Origin: Nemertoderma westbladi
Lineage: Eukaryota; Animalia; Xenacoelomorpha
Direction of reading: 5' to 3'
NCBI GenBank assembly: GCA_032718475.1
Contig: JAUCBJ010006754.1
Location: 1 to 34,827 of the forward strand
DNA length: 34,827 bases
In this document: in pieces, positions 1 through 11,410 of the stretch
Position numbering within the stretch: the stretch's first letter is position 1
Layout: each line of letters starts with the position of its first letter
Notes under the pieces: model-generated
Seen by the model: the letters and a program-made list of their open reading frames with translations, nothing else
Told to the model about the DNA's origin: nothing
The model's database searches: none
Position numbers and translations under genes: made by a program

Positions 1-758
1 CTTTGCGTCACGAATTGCCATAGAACCACAAAACACGCCCCCCACAGCACACACACGGAGGAAACAGGTCCCAGATCCTCCAAAAACACCGACACAGCAA
101 CAATACGGTCTCTTACACTTATTAAATCAACTACAGAGTATTTTAATGTAAAAGATAATAAAAATAACGGGGCAATTCAGCAAAGGCTTTTACAAGCTCT
201 GATCAGTTTATAATTATGTTTTTTTGTTATTGTTATTTATTTATACTCGGAATTTGAGGAAGTCGACATTGATGAAGTAATAAAGCGCTTTATATTGGAC
301 ATAAAATGCCAGGTAGTATTCAAAGAGACCACGATGATACTTATTTTATGGATAATAATCATGGTAATTATTGGAGGACTACAGTCGGGGAGGTTTAGTT
401 ATTTCTCCGGATTAGCCGATAGTCTTGTATTTTGTGTTACATTTTTATATTTCTTATACAACAGGATGTAACGCCCTTGTCATCTTGTGTAAAACTGTAT
501 TTACAGCCGATATTTTTCTATTATTAACAACTGGCTGACTGGGCTCAGCTACAGCTAGTGCCATCTGATTATTTAAGCAAATGTTGTTCAATTCTATAAA
601 ACATATTAAATAATTGGTAAAATAATAGTAAAAAAACACACCAGATAAAGATACTGAGCTTTTGGTAAAAAAGGCCAAACTTACAATTTCCTAATATATT
701 GTTCATATTATAAATCTATTTTTGATATATATTATAATATATATTTGATTTCCATATA

Positions 759-1011
759 GGGGGGGGGGGGGGGGGGGGGGGACTGGACGCAATAAAATTC
801 ATCCCTCTCCAGGGGAAATTTGACGCAAATAACAGCTGATTACTCTCAAAAATAATACTCTAACCTGTTCTATTGTGTTTTGTTTATTGTTTTGGTTAAA
901 ATATCATGCCACTGTAACCTGCTCCTTTCCCTAAATTGAGAATTTAACATTGAGACGGGATATTAATTCGTCAAGGCGGGTTGTGCTTCCAGTCCCCCCC
1001 CCCCCCCCCCC
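759..1011. mobile_element. Small MITE-like inverted-repeat element bounded by poly-G and poly-C tracts
   Basis: G-run 759-781 followed by ACTGGACGCA; TGCTTCCAGT followed by C-run 994-1011 (imperfect inverted match); TTGACG/CGTCAA also inverted. Internal ACTGTAACCTGCTCCTT..C.AATTGA recurs at ~10015-10043. No TSD identified. Confidence 0.4.
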
Positions 1012-2204
1012 TGTCTCATCAATAAATATACAAGATAACTTTAATTAAATAATCTATCAATTAGATCATAACACCAAATACCGTACTGGAATGCATGGTC
1101 AATGAACTAAATCCCATCCCATATTGGCGTTTCAACACATTCATGTATTTATAGTAAATTATTGTTTGCATATTATTGATGTTATGCAATGTTCTGATTT
1201 TATGATTAATTTTAAAATTGTATCTTTACTCTATTGGGTCCTGAACTACTAAAGATGACACAGTACTATATAAAGTAGGTCATGATTGGGTTTATATACT
1301 GTATATTGGATTAGGCCTACTGTAGAGCGTCATGACTACTTCTTGATTGTTAGAACTTTAAATCCGGGTTTGGTCCTGCCCAAACTATAACCTTAACGCT
1401 TAACCCAAACTAAAACATACAAAATCCTACTAAAAAGTCATTGCAAGACTTCTGAGACTACATGTTTCATTATACAATGTACAATTTTTGTAATGCCAAT
1501 ATTCCACCATAACCCGTGAGGTTAAGGACAGCTTTCCCCAGTAATTTATATTGGGGTCGCTTTGTTCGTTTAATTGCCAACTACTTCCTTGTGACTGCTG
1601 AAAATCAAAGTCTAAACCTCATTATCTAACCAGAACCGCCCGCGGAACATTATCGAAATCTGGCACTAACTAATACAATACTATATTAGTAAACAAGATA
1701 AAACAATAATTATAATGATTTGAGGTGAGTGATGTGCAATGTACATACCTAACTAATATACTGTAGCCTTAATCCTTAATACTGTAGTAATGGGTACCGG
1801 TATGCTACTGTACAAATACAGTATGGCGTGTATAAATACTGTATATAACTTTCCTGATTTGATAGTTTTTACAGTTTAATATTACTTCATTCAATTATAA
1901 TAATTACTTAACATACATTAGGCCTAGTAAGATTCATTATTACAAGTCACATTTGATTATTTAACATAAAAAAGCTGTTCATATAGGGCCTACTGTAATA
2001 GGCCATATTTAACAATGCAATTTCTGAGCTACTGTATTTCGATACAATAAGCCGTTAAAATAGTCTATTTTGCAATTATTAGCCACATCTGTCGGCTTTA
2101 TTTATCCCCTTTGGAGTGTAAGATAGGAGATCTCATTCCGCTTTCAGATTCCGAATCTAAAAACTGTTTTAAATTTACCAAAAAAATGCCCAATACATTA
2201 CCAA

Positions 2205-2899
2205 AATTCACCATGTCCCGTAATATAGTGTCATTTTCTGATGACACGGACCCCCCCCCCCCCCCCCCCCCCAGATTTTTCTACAAATCTTTATCATAAT
2301 GCTTGACATTTGAAACATCACTAGTTCCACTCACCATCGATGACCCCATGAAGCCGGAATTTTCGATTTTGCCTTTAAATGTTTTTTTATAAGCGTTTTA
2401 AAAAAGTGTCTTGCGAAATCGCACCCTCCGCATCGTGGCCATTCTTCATATTAGTCGTAATTTTTTCATATCATTAAACAGCTTGCGTTGCAAGGATTCC
2501 AAATATGTAACAATATCTGAATTTCGTTGAGAAACAGCTGAGATATAGGCGTTCAAAGATCGCAAGAATTATTGTTCGCTGCAGGCAATTTATTCTATAT
2601 AATAATTACACAAAATTCTAGAACGTGTTATTTATTTTATGTGTTGGTTGGCAACAGCGGTATTCATATCCAATATATCTATTGCATAGCTATTCATACT
2701 TAAACAAAATGTTCCAGAACATCGTGTATTTAAATAGAATAAATGGCCTTAGGCGAAGGATAATTATTGCAATCTTTGAACGCCTATATCTCAGCTGTTT
2801 CTCAACGAAATTCAGATATTGTTACATATTTGGAATCCTTGCAACACAAGCTTTTTAATGATATGAAACAATTACGACTAGTGTGAAGAATGGCCACGA
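2205..2899. mobile_element. Foldback/MITE-type non-autonomous DNA element, copy 1 (long internal inverted arms)
   Basis: ~145-bp inverted arms at ~2434-2580 and ~2755-2899 (e.g. GGATTCCAAATATGTAACAATATCTGAATTTCGTTGAGAA and its reverse complement). 2205-2440 is the reverse complement of ~32565-32800. Outer boundaries approximate. Confidence 0.75.
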
Positions 2900-3139
2900 A
2901 TCCGGCCCTACCAGCCAGCCAGCTTGTCAAACTATCATCATACCAAATTTGTTGTATTAAGGAAGGTTGTATGTAGGCAGGTACTGTACATCTAATAACA
3001 TTTTAATTAGCCTACTGTGTATGCAGTACTGTATGAAGGAATAGGATATACTGTACTGTAAGCGTAAGGGCTGACAGTACTCCATTCTTATACATATTAC
3101 AAATTTTACGGATATATTTATCATTGGGCTCAATTTAAT

Positions 3140-4816
3140 ATGGCAATCGTATTTGCTATATTCCTAACAATTTTTCAACTCATTAATTTAACTTTGAGTT
3201 TCCCTTGGAATTCAGGAAACAGTTCAGCTTCTATCGCTTACAACCCTCAAACGAAATCTTACCAACTATACCCAGGAATAGTTAACAAGGCTGTTGCTAC
3301 AGCAACATTGGAGGATGACGTGGAAGCTAATGGATGGAATTATCTCAGCGTATCCACAAAAGGGTCAGTTGATGGCGCTTTACAGGCTTACACTGCTGGT
3401 TATGTAGAGGCCCATTTAACCCAAACGTTGATCTTTATGCATTGGATGAACACAATGGATGATTACTGCAGTAGTCGCACAGCATATTGCAATAAACTTA
3501 ATGAATTTCTGGAAGACAACGTCAAATGGCTCAACGATAAAATTCGCAACAACAAGAATGATCCATATTGGCGGCAAGTTCAATTATTGATGTACCAACT
3601 GAAAGGACTTGAAGATGGTTTCAATAAATCTCCCATTGAACCTTCTCCAAACTTCACAATTTATCGAGGTCTTATGTTCCTGCAGATGTCTGGTGATTTT
3701 GAAGATTTGCAAACAGCACTCGGATCAAAAGCCCATAAAAATATGCTGGCATCAGGGTCTTGTTCCGCTATGATTCGTCTTTTGCCAGGCAACAAAGATA
3801 TCATGGTTACACACACTACTTGGGCCGCTTTCAACACGATGCAGAGAATAATCAAGAAGTATTCCTTTCCGTTTAGATCAGTGGAGAACGTGACCAACAT
3901 TGTTCCGGGGAGTGAGATTGTCTTCAGTTCCTATCCCGGTGTCCTTCTATCAATCGACGATTTCTATGAGATCAATTCCGGGTTGGCCATCCAAGAAACA
4001 ACAATCGGTCAGAACAATCCGAATCTCTGGAAGTTGTTGACTCCTAAATCCGTGTTCACGTGGATGCGGGTGATGGTCGCGAATAGATTGGCGACAACCG
4101 GGAATTCCTGGGCAAATATATTCCGGAAATTCAATAGTGGCACATACAACAACCAATGGATGGCCGTCGATTACAAAAAATTCACACCTTTCCAGCCAAT
4201 CCCCGACAAAGGCCTTCTCACAATTCTAGAACAAATGCCTGGGATGATAATACAAGAGGATATGACTTCTGTGCTTAAAAGTAAAGGATATTGGCCTTCA
4301 TTCAACATACCTTACTTTAAAGAAATATTTAATATTAGCGGACAGCCCGAAAACGTAAAGAAATACGGAGATTGGTTTACCTACGAGAATAACCCGCGGG
4401 CTAAGATATTTAAGAGAGACGCATTAAAAGTGGTCGATATGGATTCATTGTTCCGTTTCATTCGATACAACAATTACACAATGGATCCCTTCTCGAAGTG
4501 CGACAAATGTAACCCACCCTATTCAGCTGAGAATGGAATAGCCGCGCGATCTGATTTAAATCCCGCCAATGGCAGCTACGCCTTCTCGGCTTTGGGTTTC
4601 CGTTGTCATGGAGCAACGGACGCCAAGGCAACCAATTACGATATGTTTCACAAAGGAGCAATGTTCGCAGTGGCTGGACCCACACACGAATCGTTACCCG
4701 TGTTTGATTGGGCAACCAGTCAGTGTGCCCATAAGGCAAATCATTTGGGACAGCCAAAGAGATTTCCATTTAAACCCGTTGCAGTTAAATTCAACAAAAG
4801 ACGTATTCCCTATTAA
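3140..4816 (+). CDS. PLBD2: Phospholipase B-like 2 (lysosomal Ntn-hydrolase, LAMA-like), single exon, 558 aa
   Basis: N-terminal signal peptide. Family motifs GWNYLSV, QAYTAGYVEA, GSCSAMIRLLPG (Cys nucleophile/autoprocessing site), FSSYPG..SIDDFY, NSGTYNNQWM, LEQMPG, YWPSFNIPYF, PRAKIFKRD, IAARSDLNPANGSY, HGATDAK. Uninterrupted ORF. Confidence 0.95.
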   Translation: MAIVFAIFLTIFQLINLTLSFPWNSGNSSASIAYNPQTKSYQLYPGIVNKAVATATLEDDVEANGWNYLSVSTKGSVDGALQAYTAGYVEAHLTQTLIFMHWMNTMDDYCSSRTAYCNKLNEFLEDNVKWLNDKIRNNKNDPYWRQVQLLMYQLKGLEDGFNKSPIEPSPNFTIYRGLMFLQMSGDFEDLQTALGSKAHKNMLASGSCSAMIRLLPGNKDIMVTHTTWAAFNTMQRIIKKYSFPFRSVENVTNIVPGSEIVFSSYPGVLLSIDDFYEINSGLAIQETTIGQNNPNLWKLLTPKSVFTWMRVMVANRLATTGNSWANIFRKFNSGTYNNQWMAVDYKKFTPFQPIPDKGLLTILEQMPGMIIQEDMTSVLKSKGYWPSFNIPYFKEIFNISGQPENVKKYGDWFTYENNPRAKIFKRDALKVVDMDSLFRFIRYNNYTMDPFSKCDKCNPPYSAENGIAARSDLNPANGSYAFSALGFRCHGATDAKATNYDMFHKGAMFAVAGPTHESLPVFDWATSQCAHKANHLGQPKRFPFKPVAVKFNKRRIPY

Positions 4817-4870
4817 ACTAAAACTATTGTTCAGTACATGACTGTAATCTAAAACACCGTTAACACGTTC

Positions 4871-5476
4871 GTGGGGACTTCGCGCAGCACGTAGTCGGCA
4901 AGCCTTGGCATACGGTTCATATAGAGCAAATGGGGCATGTCTAGTTTGGACCCCATATCCCATGCTATAAATGTATTCATTCGATATACAATCATATGTT
5001 AATCCGCTAGGTGGTGTCAAATTGTTATTCTGCAATTTCGTACTTACCAGTGCAGCACTGTACAGCAGTACCGTACCGGTAGGCCTATGTCATTACTTCT
5101 GAGTCTCTAGCGGATCCCCAATTAAATGTCTTAACTTTTCAATTTCGTGAAAGATAGACTTCATGTTTCTCTACAGGCCACCAAAATTTCAGCTCAGGAA
5201 AATGAGGCCTTCCCGAGAAATTTAACATTTTCTAAAAACCACATAATCTGTCGTAGCTGACGTCAGACTGCATGATTTTTCACCAAACTTTACAAACTTT
5301 CTAAACTTTCTCTCTACTACTTACCTACTAAGTTTGGTTCAATTCCGAACCAGCGATGCCGAGAAATTCGCGTTCAAACATTTACCAGACAGACAGACAG
5401 ACGGACATGCCCCATTTGCCCTATATGAACCGTATGCCAAGGCTCGCCGACTACGTGTCTCGCCCCACAGTGGGAA
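4871..5476 (+). mobile_element. Non-autonomous element with subterminal inverted repeats, (GACA)n microsatellite and terminal hairpin; DINE-1/HINE (Helentron-associated)-like
   Basis: 54-bp near-perfect inverted repeat at 4888-4941 and 5404-5457; CAGACAGACAGACAGACGGACA immediately before the right repeat; small hairpin CCCAC-A-GTGGG just after it. Family assignment inferred from architecture only. Confidence 0.55.
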
Positions 5477-5791
5477 GTAACTGTCTCAAGTGAATTGAAC
5501 TCATACACTGTAACTACTTAATTTCACTATTACAATTATTAATAATTATGCAAATATATCTGCCTATCACGAATTACAGTATTACTATTTTAGCTGCTAC
5601 AGTATTATTTTACTATAATTTGCAAAATCAATAATTATATTTTATTAATGTGTTTTAATGTTATGAAATTATGTATTGCATATAATAATATACAATGATG
5701 AAGCCACTATTCACCCAAAACTCCAATAATAAGTTCTAAAAATATACAAGATATCACTATTAGATAGTATTTCCAGGCCACTCTTTTACCT

Positions 5792-5866
5792 GAGCCGCTA
5801 ACGGAATGGTTATAGAGGTCAGACTACCAACCTGAAAGTCACCAGTTCGATCCCTTATGGAGCTCA
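5792..5866 (+). pseudogene. Degenerate tRNA-like sequence (tRNA pseudogene or SINE head)
   Basis: GAGC...GCTC-A ends, box A-like TAACGGAATGG, anticodon-like arm TCAGA-CTACCAA-CCTGA, AAGTC variable loop, box B GTTCGATCC. D- and T-stems do not pair properly. Confidence 0.45.
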
Positions 5867-6019
5867 TTGCCGTCTTAGTAAAGCTGCGCCCATGTTATTA
5901 AATTATATTTGACCGTCACTTCCTTAGACTGTAATAATTTTTATTCTGAAAATAATGGTTAATATTGGAGACATTTTCTGCAAATACAATACTATATTAC
6001 TATAATTTAACACCTTACT

Positions 6020-6210
6020 AAAGTCTATGTATATGGGGCGGAGGTTTGAGGATTTGCCATTCCGAAGGAAACGGAACAACTCAATCTAAAATTTATAAAT
6101 TATTTCTTTGTGTAAAGAGAGTTATAGTACCTCTAACTTTTTAGTGTATGGGGAATCTGGAGTAATTCCAATATTAGTTCAATAAATCAAATTTTGGATT
6201 TTGGATAACG
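6020..6210 (+). mobile_element. Highly decayed non-LTR retrotransposon ORF2 C-terminal remnant
   Basis: Frameshifted peptide pieces EQLNLKFI, STSNF, VYGESGVIPI resemble the post-RT region of LINE ORF2 proteins. Weak, by-eye recognition. Confidence 0.3.
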
Positions 6211-6234
6211 AACGTTAAACTGGAAACTGAAACC

Positions 6235-7265
6235 TTGGAGCAAACAATCCTTCCTTGTCGACACGGTGGCCTCGGAATCCCTTCTGTGACAGAAATTGCG
6301 CCTTGTGCTGCTGTGCAGTGCTGTGCATACCTCTCATCATTGCATAAGAATGGATCGTTAATTAAAGAGATTTATCAGTCTCCTAGTGAGAACAAACACC
6401 ATGGAGAAGCCATAGACTGTTGGAAAAGCATGATCCCAGAGGCAAATACTCCAGAAGATCCAAAGAGACAGAGAAACTGGTCGGAACCAATAACAGTTTC
6501 ACGGTTTGCCTCGCTCCTGGAAGTATCAGACAAAACATCAGCTGCACGCCTGAGAGGTTGCAAGGTCCGAGGATCTGGGGACTGGCTCAACACCTTGCCA
6601 TCTTCCTCTTTTGGCCTGAAATTATCTAATGACGATTTTGGAATCGCTGTTGCTCTTTGGCTGGGCGCACAAGTTTGTATCCCACACCCTTGCGTGTGTG
6701 GCGCTGCCGTAGACTCATCAGCTCTACATGCTTTCACCTGCAACCACATTAAGAGCCGCCACCAACGTCACAGGCTCGGGAATGATGCAATTCATCGGGC
6801 ACTTGCGTCTGCAGATATTTCTAGCACCTTAGAACCTGTTGGAATTTGTAGAAGTGATGGCAAGAGACCGGACGGGGCCACAATGCTCCCATGGGTGAGA
6901 GGCAAGCCTCTTATTCCCTTAATCCCAAACAGCACTCCTAGATGGTCCTACTTTAGCAGACATGGCTGAAGATAGGAAACTAATGAAATACGGCGAACTC
7001 TCACGTAATTATATAATTCAACCTGTAGCTGTCGAATCACTGGGAGGTCTTGGTACCTCTACGATAGCATTCCTCCGTGAGCTAGGGCACCGTATACAGA
7101 AGGTATCTGGCAACAAAAAATCGATTGAACACCTCCGTCAACGTTTAGGGGTTTGTATCCAGGTCGGTAATGCTGCATGCGTCAAAGAGTCCTTTGCTGC
7201 ACATTCCGAGTCTTTTAGAGAAATTTTATTTAAATATTAACTGCTTCTTTTTTTACGTTTTTCTT
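6235..7265 (+). mobile_element. 5'-truncated CRE-like non-LTR retrotransposon (restriction-like endonuclease), disrupted
   Basis: LPCRHGGLGIP (end of RT), GDWLNTLP, C-x-C...H-x3-C zinc knuckle (CVCG...HAFTC), RHQRH, DGKRPDG (RLE PD motif); then after a frameshift/deletion near 6910-6960, AEDRKLMKY, PVAVESLGGLG, QRLGVCIQVGNA. T-rich tail. Confidence 0.85.
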
Positions 7266-7344
7266 TTAAAGTAGCAAATTGGTGATGTTCCAGAATAATT
7301 TATTTAATTTCACAATAAGCTGTGATTCAATGGGAAATTAGTAA

Positions 7345-7900
7345 TATTTACACAGGCGTGTTACACATTAATTTCTATATCTCGGAAACTAGAATTCGCA
7401 TCAAATTTTTAAATATAAAAATTATACAATTCTACTGCAAGGAAATTTCAAATTTCCATTAATGTTAGCGAAGATTTTTCACATAATAAAAATGTGATTG
7501 CTCTATTGATTTTAGGTGTAATTTATTTATTTGTTTTAGTTTGAAAACCACAATAGTTTATAATATAACAAATAAATTTTTTAGGGATAAGGGTTTTTGA
7601 GGTCGATAAATCCGATGGGCGAGGTTACATCCACCCGTTTAGTAGAGAAGTTGTGTAAATAAGCTTCCTATATTGTACCAGAAAAATTGGTATTAAAAAT
7701 GGTTAAATGATTAGTCAAATTTCCGTTGCCCTGGAAACTAAATTGGTAACTATCTAGAAGTGCATACTTCAGTCAATCGATAGTCATTAGAGTAAAGTTT
7801 GTCTGTACGAAATTTGGAGAGAATCCCACCAGTTGACCCCTTGTTGCTATGTAAAATCCATGTTGCTATGTAAAATCCATATATTTTTTATAGACGTTTT
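7345..7900. repeat. Probable unclassified non-autonomous interspersed repeat
   Basis: Motifs commonly seen in invertebrate non-autonomous repeats (ATATCTCGGAAACTA, GGGTTTTTGAGGTCG, GTTGCCCTGGAAAC, AAATTTGGAG) and a 19-bp tandem duplication (TGTTGCTATGTAAAATCCA x2, 7842-7879). No termini resolved. Confidence 0.3.
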
Positions 7901-8538
7901 TGGGGGTATTAACAAGGTAATGTAGAATAAAAGAAATTGTTTTGGATGAATTGCGAATTTGTTATGGGTTGACCCCTATTTGGCTAGATTGACTCGCCTA
8001 TTAAGCAAAGCGTTAAAGTTGCGGGGGCGGGGGGGGGGATTAAATCAAATTAAGTGAGTTGTGCCTCTCTACTATTATCTTGTTTGACGTGTAGTGCAGT
8101 ATATAGGGTTATAGACACAAGTACAGTAGTTAGTACTGTACACTGTACAGTACACACTCAATGGCCTATGCCATGACCTACTATAACAACTACTATGACC
8201 TACTGTTATAGTAGGTCATGCCTATGCACATAATGTGAACCTATACAACCTTGTATGCATGTGTACACAATATGGATCACTTAGTAGATCATGGCTGGTT
8301 AATAGAGTTAAAACTAACTAGGGTATTTTTTTTGGTAAGTTCAAATCTGGTACAGCGTATAGTAGAAATTGGAACCATAAACTAGTTTTATGGTTTATGG
8401 TTTATAGTTGAACCTTCAACTAAATAAAATTTCGCAAAATTAAATACACCATTGAACGATTGTGCACATTCACGCATACCAAACGGGAGCGATATTATAT
8501 TTATGAAGACATTCAAAGACAATGCAGTACATAGAAAG

Positions 8539-9030
8539 CTACTACTACTATTATTGCCCTGCTGCATTGAAGCTGCACATTGAGATGATATGCTGGCTTA
8601 ACAAAAATATTTTTTGCCACCACAATTGGAATCATCATGGAATGCAATCCACAATTAGTCCACTGCAGCGTGCTTTAAGAATGCTATGTCGGCTTATCGA
8701 CAAAATTGCGCCCCCACAATCCTCCACGACTTTTGGCGAGATTATCCGCATCTTCAAGGCCAGTATCCTTTAAGATGCGTCTCAAGAAAATCATTGGCTG
8801 TCCAGCATGCTTAATTTACCCATGAGGCTGCAAAAGCACAGGATTGTGCACAGACTGGTCCTCACGGCGAACGCAATGTCCTGCAAAGCGGAGGCGGCTT
8901 TGTACAAGTGTCAAGCTTGGGGAACCAATGAGACACCTTCAATGATACATAGTGCCTGGTTGGATATGTGGTCCTTCTTCCAAGGGGTGCGGTCGTTGCC
9001 GTTTTGGATATTTTATGGCGATTTTATCTG
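8539..9030 (-). mobile_element. RTE-clade non-LTR retrotransposon 3' fragment (decayed)
   Basis: Manual minus-strand translation gives WKKDHISNQAL (8950-8982) and RLRFAGHCVRREDQSVHNPVLLQPHG*IKHAGQP...LKDTGL (from 8896 downwards), typical of RTE ORF2 C-termini; (TAG)n-type tail at 8539-8555. Confidence 0.75.
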
Positions 9031-9179
9031 GTGAAGTATTTAATCCTGAATCCAAACTGAGTATATACTGTACCTAGTTACGTTTCCGTTGCCGAGATAA
9101 TGGATTGGCCTGCATTGAGAGCAGTCGGGTTAACAATTAAAATTCGTATTAACAGTATATTTACATAGTTTTCCATGTA

Positions 9180-10870
9180 TGGGTGAATGCCAACCATATT
9201 GACCAAGTCACGTACGTGACTAAAAATATACAAAAATGTAAATCATTCGAGAATGAATGGTCGGGTGGGTGACATAGATAATTAGATTTCCGAAAACACA
9301 ATGATCGGTCCCCTCCTGCTGTGATACAATCCAACCACAGTTTGTTATAGAAAAAGCTACAACGAATTAAAAAAAAATAGTCACTTTCGGGACAAATTTC
9401 AAATTTTGTTAATGTGATTCCGGCCTTATTTTGGCCATTAAAATTACAATTCAGGTGCTAAACGATTAATATCCCTGCTGAGTATAATTGCTGTGAACAA
9501 ATAACCGTAGCTTCGAAGTAAATTTATCAGAAATAAGATATCACTCGGTAAATGATTAATTTAATGGCATATAAATTGTCAAATGTGAGCCATTTCCCCG
9601 ATGTGTTAACACTCCCGCTATAACAATCCCACTATATACTATAATACTAATATCCCACTTCCATGTGAATCAGTTAGATTGGCAATTTTAGGTGGTTAAT
9701 CAGTGCATATGAATCATTTGCGTGAGCATGTTAAAAAAAATGGTCCAAAAAAGTGTCCCATACTTAACGGAGGTTTTCTATCAGAAAATGCGAACTGATG
9801 CAGATTTAGATCACCACATCCATTTCTCAGATAGTTTTACCATGTATGGGTTGTATCAGTGAGACTGCGTGGCCAGGTTGATAAAACTGCCATGTCCCAT
9901 AACGTGACGACCTGTCCCATACTTGACATTGTGTTGGGGGCAGAAGTTAATCATGGTCAGAACAATTAATTACTAACATTAATTAATGGTTGGGGGTTTA
10001 CCAGTCACAGATAAACTGTAACCTGCTCCTTCCCCTTAATTGACAACAGACCAAATTAATTTATTACCAAATTAACTATTTGTGGAAAGGGTTTTGAGAT
10101 TGGGGCAGTAGTTGATAGTGTAATGTAAGTTGGGAATGGAAGAGGAGTTGGCAGTGGGAAGGACGATCAACTGGGTTTAATTTCTAGTTCGGAGGAGTTT
10201 TACGAAGAATTTTATGATTTGTTTTTAATTGGAAAATAAATGTAAAAGTTTATAATAATGGTTTCCATGTAAATTCTATTCTATACCATATTAATCAAAT
10301 ATGTCGCATACATGAAATTAAAAAAACTGACTATTTACATTTTCAAATTAATTTTTTGATATAAAATAACGATATTCAGTTGACCATATGCAACGGTTTT
10401 GAGTATCACATTGTTGTTAACTGGAAAAAATATTTAGCCCCACTTTTCACGGCAAAATTTCCCACGAAGTGAAACTTTATGTTGTCACTGGATTAAAAAT
10501 GTTTTATCCGTGACATAATTTTTAATTTTTTTCTAACTAGAAAACTTTCTACTTCGCTCTGATATCTCTTGCCGGACACCTCAATACCATCATTAAACGA
10601 CTGTTACTTACAATTTTTAAGAATATGGACAAAAAGTACGAAAATGTTTTTCTAAATTTCCTATACGTGACATAATTTATTCGTAATTTTTGCATTCCGG
10701 AACGTTTCTCTCAATAACGGCCAAGACATTTTTGGGGTACTTTCTGGTTTCATATGCAGAAATTATCGCTCTTTCTAACTATCAAAAAGACTGATTCTCA
10801 AAATTTCAAAATTCGACAAATCTCAAAAATTACGTACGGGACATTGGTCAATATGGTTGGCATTGGCCCG
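9180..10870. mobile_element. Non-autonomous DNA transposon, ~40-bp imperfect TIRs, TA-flanked (Tc1/mariner-superfamily-like)
   Basis: Left TGGGTGAATGCCAACCATATTGACCAAGTCACGTACGT versus right ACGTACGGGACATTGGTCAATATGGTTGGCATTGGCCCG; TA at 9178-9179 and 10871-10872; no transposase ORF inside. Confidence 0.75.
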
Positions 10871-11410
10871 TATACGTAACGTGTGTATACGCTGCATATA
10901 TTCATATGTCATAAAGAAGATCCGGGCCACTTGAGATACGTAACATAATGGTTAGTTATGGTTCATAAGGTATATTTATTAAAATAATGACTAATAAAAT
11001 AGGCAATAACTTTAGAGACAAATATTAAACAATAAATACCCAAAATTCAAGAAATATTAATTACTGTACATAGAGTATAGATTATAATAATAACTGTATG
11101 CGTAGCGTAACGAGTTTGTAAGTACAGGGACAAGTGACTGTTAGTTGTGTTGCATTGTTCAACTGTCACAAACATAATTAATACAATAATACAAATTACT
11201 TCAATTACACCGACATAAAAATATACTGATTTATAATTATTGCAATTCATTGTGACAGCGATAAAAACCAATACGACAATAATAATTCCAATGCACCTTA
11301 AATATTATGCGAGCGATATATACAATATTTATTTGTACAACGAAGAACAAAATAACCCGGGGACAATAAATTAGTAGGGGCCTATTACATAAAATATAAA
11401 TCTCATGATT

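Noticed and set aside
1-136. Possible minus-strand exon (SVRDRIVAVSVFLEDLGPVSSVCVLWGACFVVLWQFVTQ) at the window edge
   Set aside because: Open frame with a possible acceptor, but truncated and with no recognisable homology; cannot be supported.
454-678. 74-aa ORF, and other short intergenic ORFs (2111, 2625, 11047, 15693, 27677, 28657, 32685, 33188)
   Set aside because: No recognisable motifs; low-complexity or repeat-derived; several have non-ATG starts.
8522-9034. Two plus-strand ORFs (83 and 75 aa)
   Set aside because: Antisense to a decayed RTE fragment whose motifs are on the minus strand.
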